Shown here piece after piece: positions 47,694-56,879 of a stretch of 64,000 nucleotides of DNA. The notes beneath the pieces were generated by a model that made no database searches, was not told the origin of the DNA, and was given only the letters and a program-made list of their open reading frames with translations. The position numbers and the translations under genes are program-made. This stretch comes from an uncultured Actinomycetes bacterium. GTDB taxonomy: Bacteria > Actinomycetota > UBA4738 > JBBDTT01. The number at the start of each line of letters is the position of its first letter. The first letter of the stretch is position 1. Location of the stretch: contig CAVUMN010000003.1 of assembly GCA_963742735.1 (NCBI GenBank), positions 192,001 through 256,000 of the forward strand. Direction: 5' to 3'.

Positions 47694-50600
47694 CTACTCC
47701 TGTTCCAGTGCCTGGAGCACGATCGGGTACACGTTCTTGGCGGCGCCCTCGCCGATGAGGACATCTGCATGACCATTGCCGGGGATCAGGTGCCGGCTGA
47801 CCCGCGCGGCCGGGTTCCCCTGCAGGAGCGTCTCCACGGTCGTGGCGCTGCCCTCGGGGAGGAACACGACGTCCTCCTCGCCGTGCACGAACGTGAGGGG
47901 CAACCCGAGCCGGTCGAGGTGGGGGAGGTAGACGTCCTCTCCGGTCGCCGAGACGAGCCGTCCCCGCGCGGCCATCAGGCCGAGGTGGTCGAGCAGCGTG
48001 GGATCGGGTGCTCCGTACAGCTCCGCCAGGGCGCCGTGGGTCGCCGGCGCCAGGCCCGTGTGTGAGAACTGTGGCCCGTAGAGGACCGAGATCCTGGCGC
48101 ACGCAGGGCTGCCACAGTCGTCCGCCGCATCCCGGCCGAGCGTGGCGCCCGCCGCGTCGATCAGGGGGATCCACCCGCCACGATCCACGCCCAGCATCGC
48201 CGACGCGGAGTCGGCCTGAAGCGTCTGAAGGGCCGCGGGGACGAACAGGCCGCCCCGGGCGCCGTCGCCCGTGACCGCGGGGTGAGCGCTCGCGCCGATC
48301 ACCACGGCGGCGCGCACTCCCTCGGTCCCTCCGAGCAGGCTCATGAGCAGGGTGAGCCCGCCGGCGCCGTGGCCGACCGCCTGCACGCTGGCGGCGGCGG
48401 TGCGGCTCAGGACCTCCTGGATCGCGGCGGGCCAGTCCTGCGTCGCGACGTCGTCCGCGTTCGAGGCGTCGCGGGCCCCGGGGAGGATCACGCTGTCCCG
48501 CCAGTCCAGGAGCCAGACGTCGAACTTGTGGGCCACCAGGTACTCGACCAGGTTGGGCTGCACGGTGTCCAGGGCGAACACCCGGCTCCACGTCCCCACG
48601 TCGTGGGCGAGGATCACCGGGCCGCGGGTCCCTCCCTCGAACCGGGTCAGACGCAGCCCGACGCCGGCGTCCGATCGGACGGGGAACACCTCGGGGGTCG
48701 GAGCCCGAAGCGGTCGCAGCTTGCGCGGCGGGACGTCGGGGTCGAGGAAGGACGCGCGGGGGGGCCGGTCCTTGCCGCCCCCGAACCCCAGGTAGACGTG
48801 GGCCAGCTCGCCCATGAAGAACCGGATGAACTTCGTCTGGGTCTCCAGGCGTTCGACGATCGAGCCGGTGTTGATCGCGACCGTGCCCTGCATCTGGCGC
48901 AGGAAGTCGAGGGGCGCGATCTTCAGCAGTCCGCGGCCGGCGAGCGGCGCCGCGTCGTCCTCACCGTCGTAGACGGAGATGTACAGGGTGGTCGTGTCGG
49001 CCCAGGTGTCCGGCCCCGGGTCGTCGCGGACCACCTTGTAGCCGTCGAAGAACAGGCGGCGGCCCTCCTCGGTGGACAGGTGCATGCGATACCGCATCTC
49101 CCGTCCCCGGCCGCGTTCCGGATCCGGGGCCAGCAGGTTGAACTCCCCCTTGGTCACGGCGATCGGGTCGCGGGAGAGATGGGGAGCGACGACGGAGCCC
49201 ACGATCTGGGCGGCGTGGCGGTCGTCGCCCAGGAGCCCGTCGAGGTCCTGGCTGGCGATCGTCAGCGTGAACTCGAAGGAGGACCCGTTCGCCTCGCCCT
49301 GCGCGGCTCCCTCCGCGTAGTCGTCGATCGGGAGCGTGGACACATGGCCGTGCATCCGCTCCGTGAACCGGACCCCGGGCTTGCGGGCGGGCGGCGCGGC
49401 GCGCGGCGCCGGTGGCTCGGCGGGCTCCGTCCAGCCGCGCTCGGAGGTGAGCAGGGCCACCGATCGTTCGGCCACCGCCGAGATCGTGAACGAGGGGTTG
49501 ATCCCGAGCGAGCGCGGCACCACCGACCCGTCGCAAACCAGGAGCGAGTCGTACACCGCGTCACCCTCTCCCGTGAACACCTGGCCGCGGTGGTTCACCG
49601 CACCCGTCGAGGCGTCCTCGCCCATGGGGCACCCGCCCAGCGGATGCACGGTGACCAGGTCGTGCCCCAGGAGGCCGCTCCAGACCGGGTTCCGGATGTA
49701 CCGGCCGCCGTTCGCCTCGGCGGCGCGGCGCATGACGTCGTCCAGCCGCGCCCATCGGGCCTGCTCTCCCACGCCCGGCCACACGACCCGCGACCGGTCG
49801 TCGTCCAGGACGATGCGGCCGCCGGCGTCGTCGTGCGCCATGACCAGGTAGATCTGCGAGTGGTTCACGGAGCCGGAGTACGGACCGTTCACCAGGCTGT
49901 CGAGCTCGTGCTGCGTCTCGACGGGCGAGGCCGCGCCGGGGGTCACATCGACACCGGCGGTCCGCGCCGCGAGGGCGAACGCCTCCGGCAGCGCGCCGGC
50001 CAGCGCCCCGGGGATGACTCCCTCCTGGACGATCAACCCCTGGTCCAGCTCGGGCTGCTCGCGGAGGTCGATCACGCCCGTGATGCAGGGACCCACCGGC
50101 TCTCGGCCCGCCGGGCTCTGCGAGCCGAACCCGACGGCGTTCACCGGCTGCTCCCCGTTGTAGGCGAACCCGATCAGGTCACCGTTCCCGGAGAACCTCG
50201 ACCCGACGGCCGACGAGAGGGGGAGCCCGCGATCCCGCGAGCGAAGGAGGATCTCCGTCGAGCCGAGCGTGCCGGCGCCGAGCACGACCACGCCGGCCCG
50301 GACGAAGAGCTCCGGCGCGTGGAACCGCTCCCGTCCGGCCTGCATGGGCTGGTAGTGGACCAGCCAGCCGTCGTCGGACCGCTCGAGGGACCGCACCGCC
50401 GCCTGCGTGAAGATGTCCGCGCCGTGCGCGTAGGCGTCCGGCAGATAGTTCATGAGCGTCGTGCTCTTGGCGGCGTAGTTGCATCCCGAGACGCAGTCGC
50501 CGCACAGCATGCATGCGCTCTGCTGGACCCCAACGGGGTTGGGACCGTCCTCGTACCGCACGTTGATCGGCGTGCGGGCGAACGGCGCCCCCAGGTGCGC

Positions 50601-51101
50601 CGCGGAGCGCTCGAGGGCCTCCAGCTTCAGCAGCCGCGGCCAGTCCGCGGGAAAGGCCCCCGGGGTGAGCATCGCCTCGGCGCGCCGGTAGCCCTGCTCC
50701 AGGCCTCCCTCGACGTCGGCCCGGAACGCTTCCGGCCACTCGGGGGCCTGCAGCACCCGGGGCTCGGGGCGCATGTAGACGTTGGCGTTGATGAGGGAGG
50801 TCCCCCCCAGGCCGCACCCCACCAGGACGTGCATGTCCTGGTTGGCATGGAAGTCGAACATTCCGACGTGGGAACCGATATGGCCGGCGGGGGCGTCGAG
50901 CTGAAACTCGAGGGCCGCCTCCAGCTGCGTGTCGGGGTACTCGCCGGGCCGGATCTCTCTGCCGCGCTCGAGGACGCAGACCCGCCGCCCGGCGCGTGCC
51001 AGCCGAGAAGCGGCGATGCCTCCACCGTAGCCGGACCCCACGACGACGACGTCGTAGCGGTCCCCGATGTTCTGGAGCGGAGAGGAGATCGCCGAGATCA
51101 T
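47694..51101 (-). CDS. GMC oxidoreductase (cholesterol oxidase-like) fused to a central domain and a degenerate alpha/beta hydrolase
   Basis: VVGSGYGG, LGGTSLIN, CMLCGDCVSGC, TVHPLGG, DGS..P..LGINP..TI; C-terminal hydrolase has GHGAGG. Confidence 0.92.
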   Translation of the reverse strand: MISAISSPLQNIGDRYDVVVVGSGYGGGIAASRLARAGRRVCVLERGREIRPGEYPDTQLEAALEFQLDAPAGHIGSHVGMFDFHANQDMHVLVGCGLGGTSLINANVYMRPEPRVLQAPEWPEAFRADVEGGLEQGYRRAEAMLTPGAFPADWPRLLKLEALERSAAHLGAPFARTPINVRYEDGPNPVGVQQSACMLCGDCVSGCNYAAKSTTLMNYLPDAYAHGADIFTQAAVRSLERSDDGWLVHYQPMQAGRERFHAPELFVRAGVVVLGAGTLGSTEILLRSRDRGLPLSSAVGSRFSGNGDLIGFAYNGEQPVNAVGFGSQSPAGREPVGPCITGVIDLREQPELDQGLIVQEGVIPGALAGALPEAFALAARTAGVDVTPGAASPVETQHELDSLVNGPYSGSVNHSQIYLVMAHDDAGGRIVLDDDRSRVVWPGVGEQARWARLDDVMRRAAEANGGRYIRNPVWSGLLGHDLVTVHPLGGCPMGEDASTGAVNHRGQVFTGEGDAVYDSLLVCDGSVVPRSLGINPSFTISAVAERSVALLTSERGWTEPAEPPAPRAAPPARKPGVRFTERMHGHVSTLPIDDYAEGAAQGEANGSSFEFTLTIASQDLDGLLGDDRHAAQIVGSVVAPHLSRDPIAVTKGEFNLLAPDPERGRGREMRYRMHLSTEEGRRLFFDGYKVVRDDPGPDTWADTTTLYISVYDGEDDAAPLAGRGLLKIAPLDFLRQMQGTVAINTGSIVERLETQTKFIRFFMGELAHVYLGFGGGKDRPPRASFLDPDVPPRKLRPLRAPTPEVFPVRSDAGVGLRLTRFEGGTRGPVILAHDVGTWSRVFALDTVQPNLVEYLVAHKFDVWLLDWRDSVILPGARDASNADDVATQDWPAAIQEVLSRTAAASVQAVGHGAGGLTLLMSLLGGTEGVRAAVVIGASAHPAVTGDGARGGLFVPAALQTLQADSASAMLGVDRGGWIPLIDAAGATLGRDAADDCGSPACARISVLYGPQFSHTGLAPATHGALAELYGAPDPTLLDHLGLMAARGRLVSATGEDVYLPHLDRLGLPLTFVHGEEDVVFLPEGSATTVETLLQGNPAARVSRHLIPGNGHADVLIGEGAAKNVYPIVLQALEQE

Positions 51102-51158
51102 GGGCCCTCACAGACGTGGGGCGTGCAGTGGTGGGCTGGGGCGAGCATGTGGGTCCGA

Positions 51159-51282
51159 AGCCTGAAGGGCAGCCCTCGTACCTGTCAAGAGTTGCGGAGT
51201 GGACACCCGCGGACCGTCGAGTTCCGACTCGGGACCCAGGCGAAGTGGCACCTTGTCAGTCCCTCCGGACGCGTAGGACAAT
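51159..51282. promoter_or_regulatory. Back-to-back housekeeping-type promoters
   Basis: Minus strand TTGACA-N18-CAGGCT (51188-51159); plus strand TTGTCA-N18-GACAAT (51253-51282). Confidence 0.45.
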
Positions 51283-51318
51283 GCGCCGCCAGGGCAGCGC
51301 AACCGCAGGAAGGGACCG

Positions 51319-51942
51319 ATGAAGCGTCAACCCGCCGCTCCTCCCGGCCCCGGCCGGGCAGCCGAGCCGTCCTCGCGTCGCCGCCGCAACCCCCTGAGCA
51401 GGCTCACCAGCGTGCAGGGGTTCACGCCGATCCGTCCCGCCCTGCTCCCGGTGGTTCGGCCGCAGATGTTCCTGGTCCGCTACCTGCTGCCCCTGCAGAA
51501 GCGAGCCCTCAAGGTGGGCAAGGTCCACTTCATGCGCTTCGTGGTCATGCGGGAGCTTCCCCACGCCGGCGGGAAGGAGATGAGCCAGCGGCTGAACTAT
51601 CCCTACGTCTTCTTCGAGAGCTACTTCGACGGCGAGCTGGGCCACTATCTCGACGCCTTCGCCTACGTGTTCCCGGTCGTGCTCATCCAGGCCTGGGGAG
51701 CCGGGTTCGACTTCCCCAAGCCGCCCCCCTCGGAGCCGATGAAGGCCTGGGTCACTCGCAACATGCTTCGGGGCGCCCACACGTACTCCGCGTACCCGGA
51801 GGCGACCGTCCAGATGGTGCGGGCCTCGCTGAACGTCCGCGACCGCCTCCGGGAGCTCCTCAGGACCGCTCCCGGCCTGAGCCCCGGAGCCTTCAAGGCG
51901 GCGTACGAGGAGTTCCTGACCGATCTGCAGGGCGATCTGTAG
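51319..51942 (+). CDS. DyP-associated hypothetical protein A2
   Basis: Paralog of 42921-43532 (LNYPYVFFESYFD, YLDAFAYV, GFDFPKPPP, AYPEA). Confidence 0.85.
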   Translation: MKRQPAAPPGPGRAAEPSSRRRRNPLSRLTSVQGFTPIRPALLPVVRPQMFLVRYLLPLQKRALKVGKVHFMRFVVMRELPHAGGKEMSQRLNYPYVFFESYFDGELGHYLDAFAYVFPVVLIQAWGAGFDFPKPPPSEPMKAWVTRNMLRGAHTYSAYPEATVQMVRASLNVRDRLRELLRTAPGLSPGAFKAAYEEFLTDLQGDL

Positions 51943-52499
51943 TGGGCGAGCGTCGCAACCGCCGCGGGATCCACTACGGGCTCACCGTGTTCACGCCGAT
52001 CGCCGAGGGCAAGGAGGCCGAGGTTCGGGCGCGGATCGAGTCCCTGCAGCCCGACGAGGACAGCCCGTTGGCCGGCCTCGACTCCCTGCACTTCGCGCGC
52101 CTCGTGATCATGGACCGCATCAACGCGTTCGGGCCGAAGCAGAAGAAGCCCGACACCCTGAAGTACCCCTACCTGGTGTTCACCGCCGTCTTCGACGGCG
52201 ACCTCGACCGGTTCCTGGACGCGATCTGCGACCGCATCCCCGATGCGGCCGACGACTGGTGGGGCGCCTGCGTGGGGTACCCCGGGACCTCCGACCGCCG
52301 GGCGTTCGCCGACTACATCCGAGCGCACCAGATCGACGCGGCCGTGTTCGAGGGGGCCGAGCAGAAGTCCACCGTGGCCGAGCGTCTCGCCAGCCTGGAT
52401 CTGCGGGACCGGGTCATCCGGTTCGCCGGCGAGGGACAGTCGCTCGACCCGGCCGCGCTCAAGGAGCGCTTCCTGGCCTCGTTCGCGGGAGACGCATGA
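51942..52499 (+). CDS. DyP-associated hypothetical protein B2
   Basis: 3' end of ORF 48282-52499; GTG in a TAGTG overlap; paralog of 42367-42921 (FLDAIC, C.GYPGTSDR..F..Y.RAHQ). Confidence 0.85.
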   Translation: MGERRNRRGIHYGLTVFTPIAEGKEAEVRARIESLQPDEDSPLAGLDSLHFARLVIMDRINAFGPKQKKPDTLKYPYLVFTAVFDGDLDRFLDAICDRIPDAADDWWGACVGYPGTSDRRAFADYIRAHQIDAAVFEGAEQKSTVAERLASLDLRDRVIRFAGEGQSLDPAALKERFLASFAGDA

Positions 52500-53908
52500 G
52501 CGAGGCGACGCCGACTCGGCTCGAGGGCCGGCCTCCCGAGCTGGGGCGGCGCCCGCCCGAGCCGGCCGCGGTCGACCTTGCCGATCTGCAGGGCAACGTC
52601 CTTCGCGGCTACACGTACCCGACCGCCGCCTACATCTTTCTGCGCATCGACGACCCCGCCCGGGCCCGGACCCTCCTCGGCTCGATGCTGCCGCAGGTGA
52701 CCACGGCCGAGCCGTGGTCGAACGGGGGGCCGCACACCGCCATGCAGGTCGCGTTCACCAACACGGGACTGCAGGCGCTCGGCGTGTCGGAGAGCATCCT
52801 CGAGACGTTTCCGCCGGAGTTCCGCGAGGGGATGGCCGCCCGAGCGGAGCTCCTGGGCGATCGTGGCCCCTCGGCGCCCGAGCGATGGGACCCGGGGTTG
52901 GGCACCGGCGAGGCGCACGTCCTGGTGACCGTCTACGCGGACGACGACGCGCATCTCCAGGAACGGCGGGCGCAGCTCCACGAGATCGGCCAGGCCGCCG
53001 GCGCGTCGACGGTCGTCCACGAGCAGCGTGCCGCGGCCCTGCCCGGAGGGCGGGATCAGTTCGGATTCTTCGACGGGATCGCCCAGCCGGACGTCCGGGG
53101 CAACGGGGTCCAGGCGCGGCCGGGGGACGGCCACCCGAACGGCAAGGGGCGGTGGCGGTCGCTGGCCACCGGCGAGTTCCTCCACGGCTACCCCGACGAG
53201 GACGGTGGGCTCCCCGCCGCCCCGGCGGCCCCGCTCGATCGCAACGGGACGTTCGCGGTGTACCGCAAGCTCGCGACGGACGTCGCCGGGTTCCGTGCCT
53301 ACCTCCATGAGCGCGGGCAGCACTATCCGGGTGGAGCGGAGATGCTCGCGGCCAAGATCGTCGGCCGCTGGCCGGACGGCACCCCGCTGGAGCTCTCTCC
53401 GGACCGGCCCGACGCGGCGATCTCCGGCGATCCGAACCGGATCAACGACTTCACCTACGCCGACGACGACGCCGGTCTCCGATGCCCCGTGGGCGCGCAC
53501 ATCCGCCGTGTGAACCCTCGCGAGTCCAAGGGGTTCTTCGACGGCGCGCTCAGCCTGCGGCACCGCATCATCCGACGCGGCCGCCCCTACGGGCCCGCGC
53601 TCCCGGAGGGGGCCCTCGAGGACGACGGCCAGGACCGCGGGCTCGTCTTCGTCTGCTTCGAGGCGAGCATCGCGAGGCAGTTCGAGATCATCCAGGCCCT
53701 GTGGATCGACGACGGGGATCCGTTCGGCCTGGGTCGGGACCGAGACTTCTTCGTCGGCCAGCCGGAGGGAGACGACGGCAAGATGACGATCCCCGGACGC
53801 CCGCCGTTCTTCCTGACGCCCCAGCCGGGGTTCGTGACGTGCCGGGGCGGCGAATACCTCTACCAGCCGAGCCTGACGGGCCTCCGCTGGCTCGCCGAGG
53901 GGGGCTGA
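52496..53908 (+). CDS. DyP-type peroxidase, copy 2
   Basis: FGFFDGIAQP, AHIRRVNPR, IIRRGRPY; ATGA overlap with the upstream gene. Confidence 0.92.
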   Translation: MSEATPTRLEGRPPELGRRPPEPAAVDLADLQGNVLRGYTYPTAAYIFLRIDDPARARTLLGSMLPQVTTAEPWSNGGPHTAMQVAFTNTGLQALGVSESILETFPPEFREGMAARAELLGDRGPSAPERWDPGLGTGEAHVLVTVYADDDAHLQERRAQLHEIGQAAGASTVVHEQRAAALPGGRDQFGFFDGIAQPDVRGNGVQARPGDGHPNGKGRWRSLATGEFLHGYPDEDGGLPAAPAAPLDRNGTFAVYRKLATDVAGFRAYLHERGQHYPGGAEMLAAKIVGRWPDGTPLELSPDRPDAAISGDPNRINDFTYADDDAGLRCPVGAHIRRVNPRESKGFFDGALSLRHRIIRRGRPYGPALPEGALEDDGQDRGLVFVCFEASIARQFEIIQALWIDDGDPFGLGRDRDFFVGQPEGDDGKMTIPGRPPFFLTPQPGFVTCRGGEYLYQPSLTGLRWLAEGG

Positions 53909-53914
53909 CCCGAG

Positions 53915-54802
53915 CTACTTCGTGCGCCCGGCCTTGTCGTCGAAGGCCTGGCCGGTCGCGCCGAGGACGCCGGCCAGCAGGTTCGTCAGCTCCATCGGGA
54001 TGACGAACTTCGTGGACGGTGACAGGCCGATCTGCTTGAGGGCCTCCAGGTACTGAAGGCTCATCGTGTTCGCGTCGATCCCCTTCGCCGTCTCGAAGAT
54101 CTTCTGCAGCGCGAGCGCGAAGCCCTCGGCCTGCAGGATCGCGGCCTGACGAAGACCCTGGGCGTTGAGGATCGCGGCGTCCTTGTTGCCCTCGGCGATG
54201 GTGACCGCGGCCTCGCGCGTGCCCTCGGCCTCGGTGACCACGGCCCGCCGGGTTCGCTCGGCGGACATCTGACGGGTCATCGCGTCCAGGACGTCGGGCG
54301 GGGGCAGGATCTCGCGGACCTCGACGTTCGTCACCTTCACGCCCCATCGCTCGGTGACCTCGTCGAGCTTCGCGCGCAGCGTCTCGTTGATCTGGTCGCG
54401 CTTGGCCAGCACATCGTCCAGGGACATGTCGCCGACCACGCTCCGCAGGGTCGTGGCCGCGATCGACTGGGCGGCGCCGGCGAAGTTCTGGACCTGGATC
54501 ACGCTCATCGCCGGGTCGACGACCTTGTAGAAGACGATGAAGTCGATGTTGATCGAGGCGTTGTCCTTCGTGATCGCGGTCTGCGAGGGGATCTCCAGGT
54601 AGAACTCGCGCAGGTCGACCCACACGCCCTTGTCCACGATGGGGATCAGGATCACCAGGCCCGGGCCCTTCGTCCCGATGGCCCGGCCCAAGCGAAACAC
54701 CATCAGCCGCTGGTACTCGGGGACGACCTTCAGCGCCGCGCGCAGGAACAGCAGCACGAACAGGACGACGACGCCGATGATGATCAGGCTGGTCGGACTC
54801 AT
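53915..54802 (-). CDS. SPFH/band 7 (stomatin-like) protein
   Basis: FRLGR...GPGL, ITKDN, TTLRSVVG, WGVKV..VE, QM.AER.RRA. Confidence 0.95.
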   Translation of the reverse strand: MSPTSLIIIGVVVLFVLLFLRAALKVVPEYQRLMVFRLGRAIGTKGPGLVILIPIVDKGVWVDLREFYLEIPSQTAITKDNASINIDFIVFYKVVDPAMSVIQVQNFAGAAQSIAATTLRSVVGDMSLDDVLAKRDQINETLRAKLDEVTERWGVKVTNVEVREILPPPDVLDAMTRQMSAERTRRAVVTEAEGTREAAVTIAEGNKDAAILNAQGLRQAAILQAEGFALALQKIFETAKGIDANTMSLQYLEALKQIGLSPSTKFVIPMELTNLLAGVLGATGQAFDDKAGRTK

Positions 54803-56148
54803 CAGGTTTCGCTTCCTCTCTTGGCCGGGGCGGGCTCCGCCGCCTCGTCGGTCTCCGCCGGCTCGACCTCGAGCCGAAGGCTGTTCACGGCGCGGACCCG
54901 CACCGGCGCGCCCTTGGGGATCGCCGCTCCGTTGGTGTAGGCGCTCCAGGACTCGCCGCGGACCCGGACGTTGCCGCCCTGGGCGATGCGCGTCTCGGCG
55001 ACGCCGACCGAGCCGATCAGCGCCTCCTGTCCGGCCTCGACCGGCAGGCGCCGGGCCTCCAGGACCTTCTTGACGGTGAACCCGAAGAACAGCGCGAGGA
55101 GCACCGCCACGGCGCCGATCATCGGGATCGACACGCGGGCGTTCGGCACGCTCGAGTCGAACAGGAACAGCCCGCCCAGGATCAGCGTGACCAGGCCGAT
55201 GCCGGTCGCGGCTCCCGTTCCCGGCGCCTTGAGGTCCACGAAGAACGAGATCGCCGAGATCGCGAGCAGGACGAGGCCCACGACCGTGACCGGGAGCTGG
55301 CCCAGCGCGATGAACGACGCAGCGATCATCAGCAGGCCCAGCACGCCGGGCACCGAGACCCCCGGGTGCAGCGCCTCGACGATCAGCAGGATGAGCCCCA
55401 GGAAGAAGAACAGGAAGGCCAGGTCCGGCGTCAGCAGACCGTGCAGGATCGACGCCCCGAGCCCCATGTTCCGCTCGACGACGATTGCGCCGGCGGTGAA
55501 CAGGGTCACCGTCTCGCCGGCCGCAACCTCGACCTCGCGGCCATCCGCCGCGGCGAGAAGCTCCGTTCGATCAGGGGCGATGAGGTCGATCACGTCCAGT
55601 TCGAGAGCCTCCTCGGCGGTGGCGCTGACCGACTGCCTCACCGCGCGCTCCGCCCAGTCGGCGTTGCGGCCGCGTGCCTCGGCGAGAGATCTGATGTACG
55701 CCGCCGCGTCGTTCTCGGCCTTCTGCGACTCGATCACGCCCGACACGCCGACGGGGTGGGCGGCACCGACGTTCGTTCCGGGAGCCATCGCCGCGAGCGG
55801 ACAGGCGATCAGGATGAACGCCCCGGCGCTCGCCGCCCGCGCTCCCTGCGGTCCAACCCAGCAGATCACCGGGACGCGCGAGTTGAGGACCGCCTGGATG
55901 ATGTCGCGCATGGACGAGGACAGCCCGCCCGGCGTGTCGATCGTCAGGAGGATCGCCTCGTTGCCCGCGGCTTCCGCGTCATCGATCGCCTCCTGCACGT
56001 AGGAGGCCAGGAACGGGTCCACCACGCCCTCGAGCGAGACCTCCAGGACGGGCGCAGGCTGGCTGCCCTGGGCGGATGCGGTCGAGGAGAGGCCGAGGAT
56101 GCCGGCGAGCAGGAGCACGATCGCGAGCGGGAGGCGAACGCTTCTCAC
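54802..56148 (-). CDS. nfeD: NfeD long form (ClpP-class protease, TM region, OB fold)
   Basis: IDTPGG, RAASAG, TNVGAAHP, ARGRN, V.GESWSA. Confidence 0.93.
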   Translation of the reverse strand: MRSVRLPLAIVLLLAGILGLSSTASAQGSQPAPVLEVSLEGVVDPFLASYVQEAIDDAEAAGNEAILLTIDTPGGLSSSMRDIIQAVLNSRVPVICWVGPQGARAASAGAFILIACPLAAMAPGTNVGAAHPVGVSGVIESQKAENDAAAYIRSLAEARGRNADWAERAVRQSVSATAEEALELDVIDLIAPDRTELLAAADGREVEVAAGETVTLFTAGAIVVERNMGLGASILHGLLTPDLAFLFFFLGLILLIVEALHPGVSVPGVLGLLMIAASFIALGQLPVTVVGLVLLAISAISFFVDLKAPGTGAATGIGLVTLILGGLFLFDSSVPNARVSIPMIGAVAVLLALFFGFTVKKVLEARRLPVEAGQEALIGSVGVAETRIAQGGNVRVRGESWSAYTNGAAIPKGAPVRVRAVNSLRLEVEPAETDEAAEPAPAKRGSET

Positions 56149-56234
56149 GTCCTCTCCATGATCGCACCCGCGCGCGGACTGCGTGCGGTTGCGGGGCCCG
56201 ATCCGGGAAACGGTGACTCACGGCACCGCACGAG

Positions 56235-56250
56235 GGTGATAATGATCACC
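56235..56250. promoter_or_regulatory. Inverted repeat GGTGAT-N4-ATCACC in the nfeD/ECF divergent region
   Basis: ggtgat-aatg-atcacc. Confidence 0.45.
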
Positions 56251-56309
56251 GAGGCTCGTCAGTCCCCGGACGGGCGGGCTCACGTACTACCGAGCGAAGG
56301 AGCGGCACG

Positions 56310-56879
56310 TTGGCGTTCCCCATCGAAGGGCCCCTGACCCCGGAGGTGGAACGGCAGTTGATGCGAGATCTCACGCTCGGCAACGAGGAGGCGGTGCGCG
56401 TGCTCTACGCGCGCTTCTCCCGTCCCGTCTACACGCTGGGCCGGCGGCTCCTCGGCACGCCCGAGGCCGCCGAGGAGCTCACCCAGGACGTGTTCCTCGC
56501 CGCGTGGCGCAAGGCCCCGCGGTTCGACCCCGCGCGCGGACGGCTCTCCACCTGGCTGATGACCATCGCCCACAACCTGGCGGTCGACCGGATCCGCCAC
56601 GACCGCGGGACCACCAGGCCGCCGCTGGTCCTGGTCGACGAGCTGCCCGAGCCGCTCGACCTGCCCGAGGAGGACGAGGCCGCGCTGAACCGCGAGACCG
56701 CTCGGCGGGCCATGGCCACGCTGAGCCCGGCCGAGCGCAAGCTGCTCTCGCTCGCGTATTTCCACGGGTGGACCGCCCGTGAGATCGCCCTGGCCGACGG
56801 GATCCCCCTCGGAACCGTGAAGACCCGGCTGCGCACGGCGCTCATCCGCCTGCGCCGGACCCAGATCAAGGCGGAGTGA
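56310..56879 (+). CDS. ECF sigma factor (SigK-like)
   Basis: AEELTQDVFL..WRKA.RFD...WL.TIAHNLAVD; GIPLGTVKTR; TTG start after AAGGAG. Confidence 0.93.
   Translation: MAFPIEGPLTPEVERQLMRDLTLGNEEAVRVLYARFSRPVYTLGRRLLGTPEAAEELTQDVFLAAWRKAPRFDPARGRLSTWLMTIAHNLAVDRIRHDRGTTRPPLVLVDELPEPLDLPEEDEAALNRETARRAMATLSPAERKLLSLAYFHGWTAREIALADGIPLGTVKTRLRTALIRLRRTQIKAE

Noticed and set aside
48282-51941. 1405-aa plus-strand ORF (48282-52499)
   Set aside because: Antisense shadow of the GMC gene in high-GC DNA; only its last 185 codons (B2, from 51942) look like a real protein.
40946-53908. Composite transposon or assembly artefact suggested by the inverted duplication
   Set aside because: No transposase, terminal inverted repeats or target duplication; the copies are clearly diverged in DNA and protein.
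40946-53908. DyPs as encapsulin cargo
   Set aside because: C-termini end LRWLAEGNS and LRWLAEGG with no GSLxIGSL-type targeting peptide, and there is no encapsulin gene in the window.
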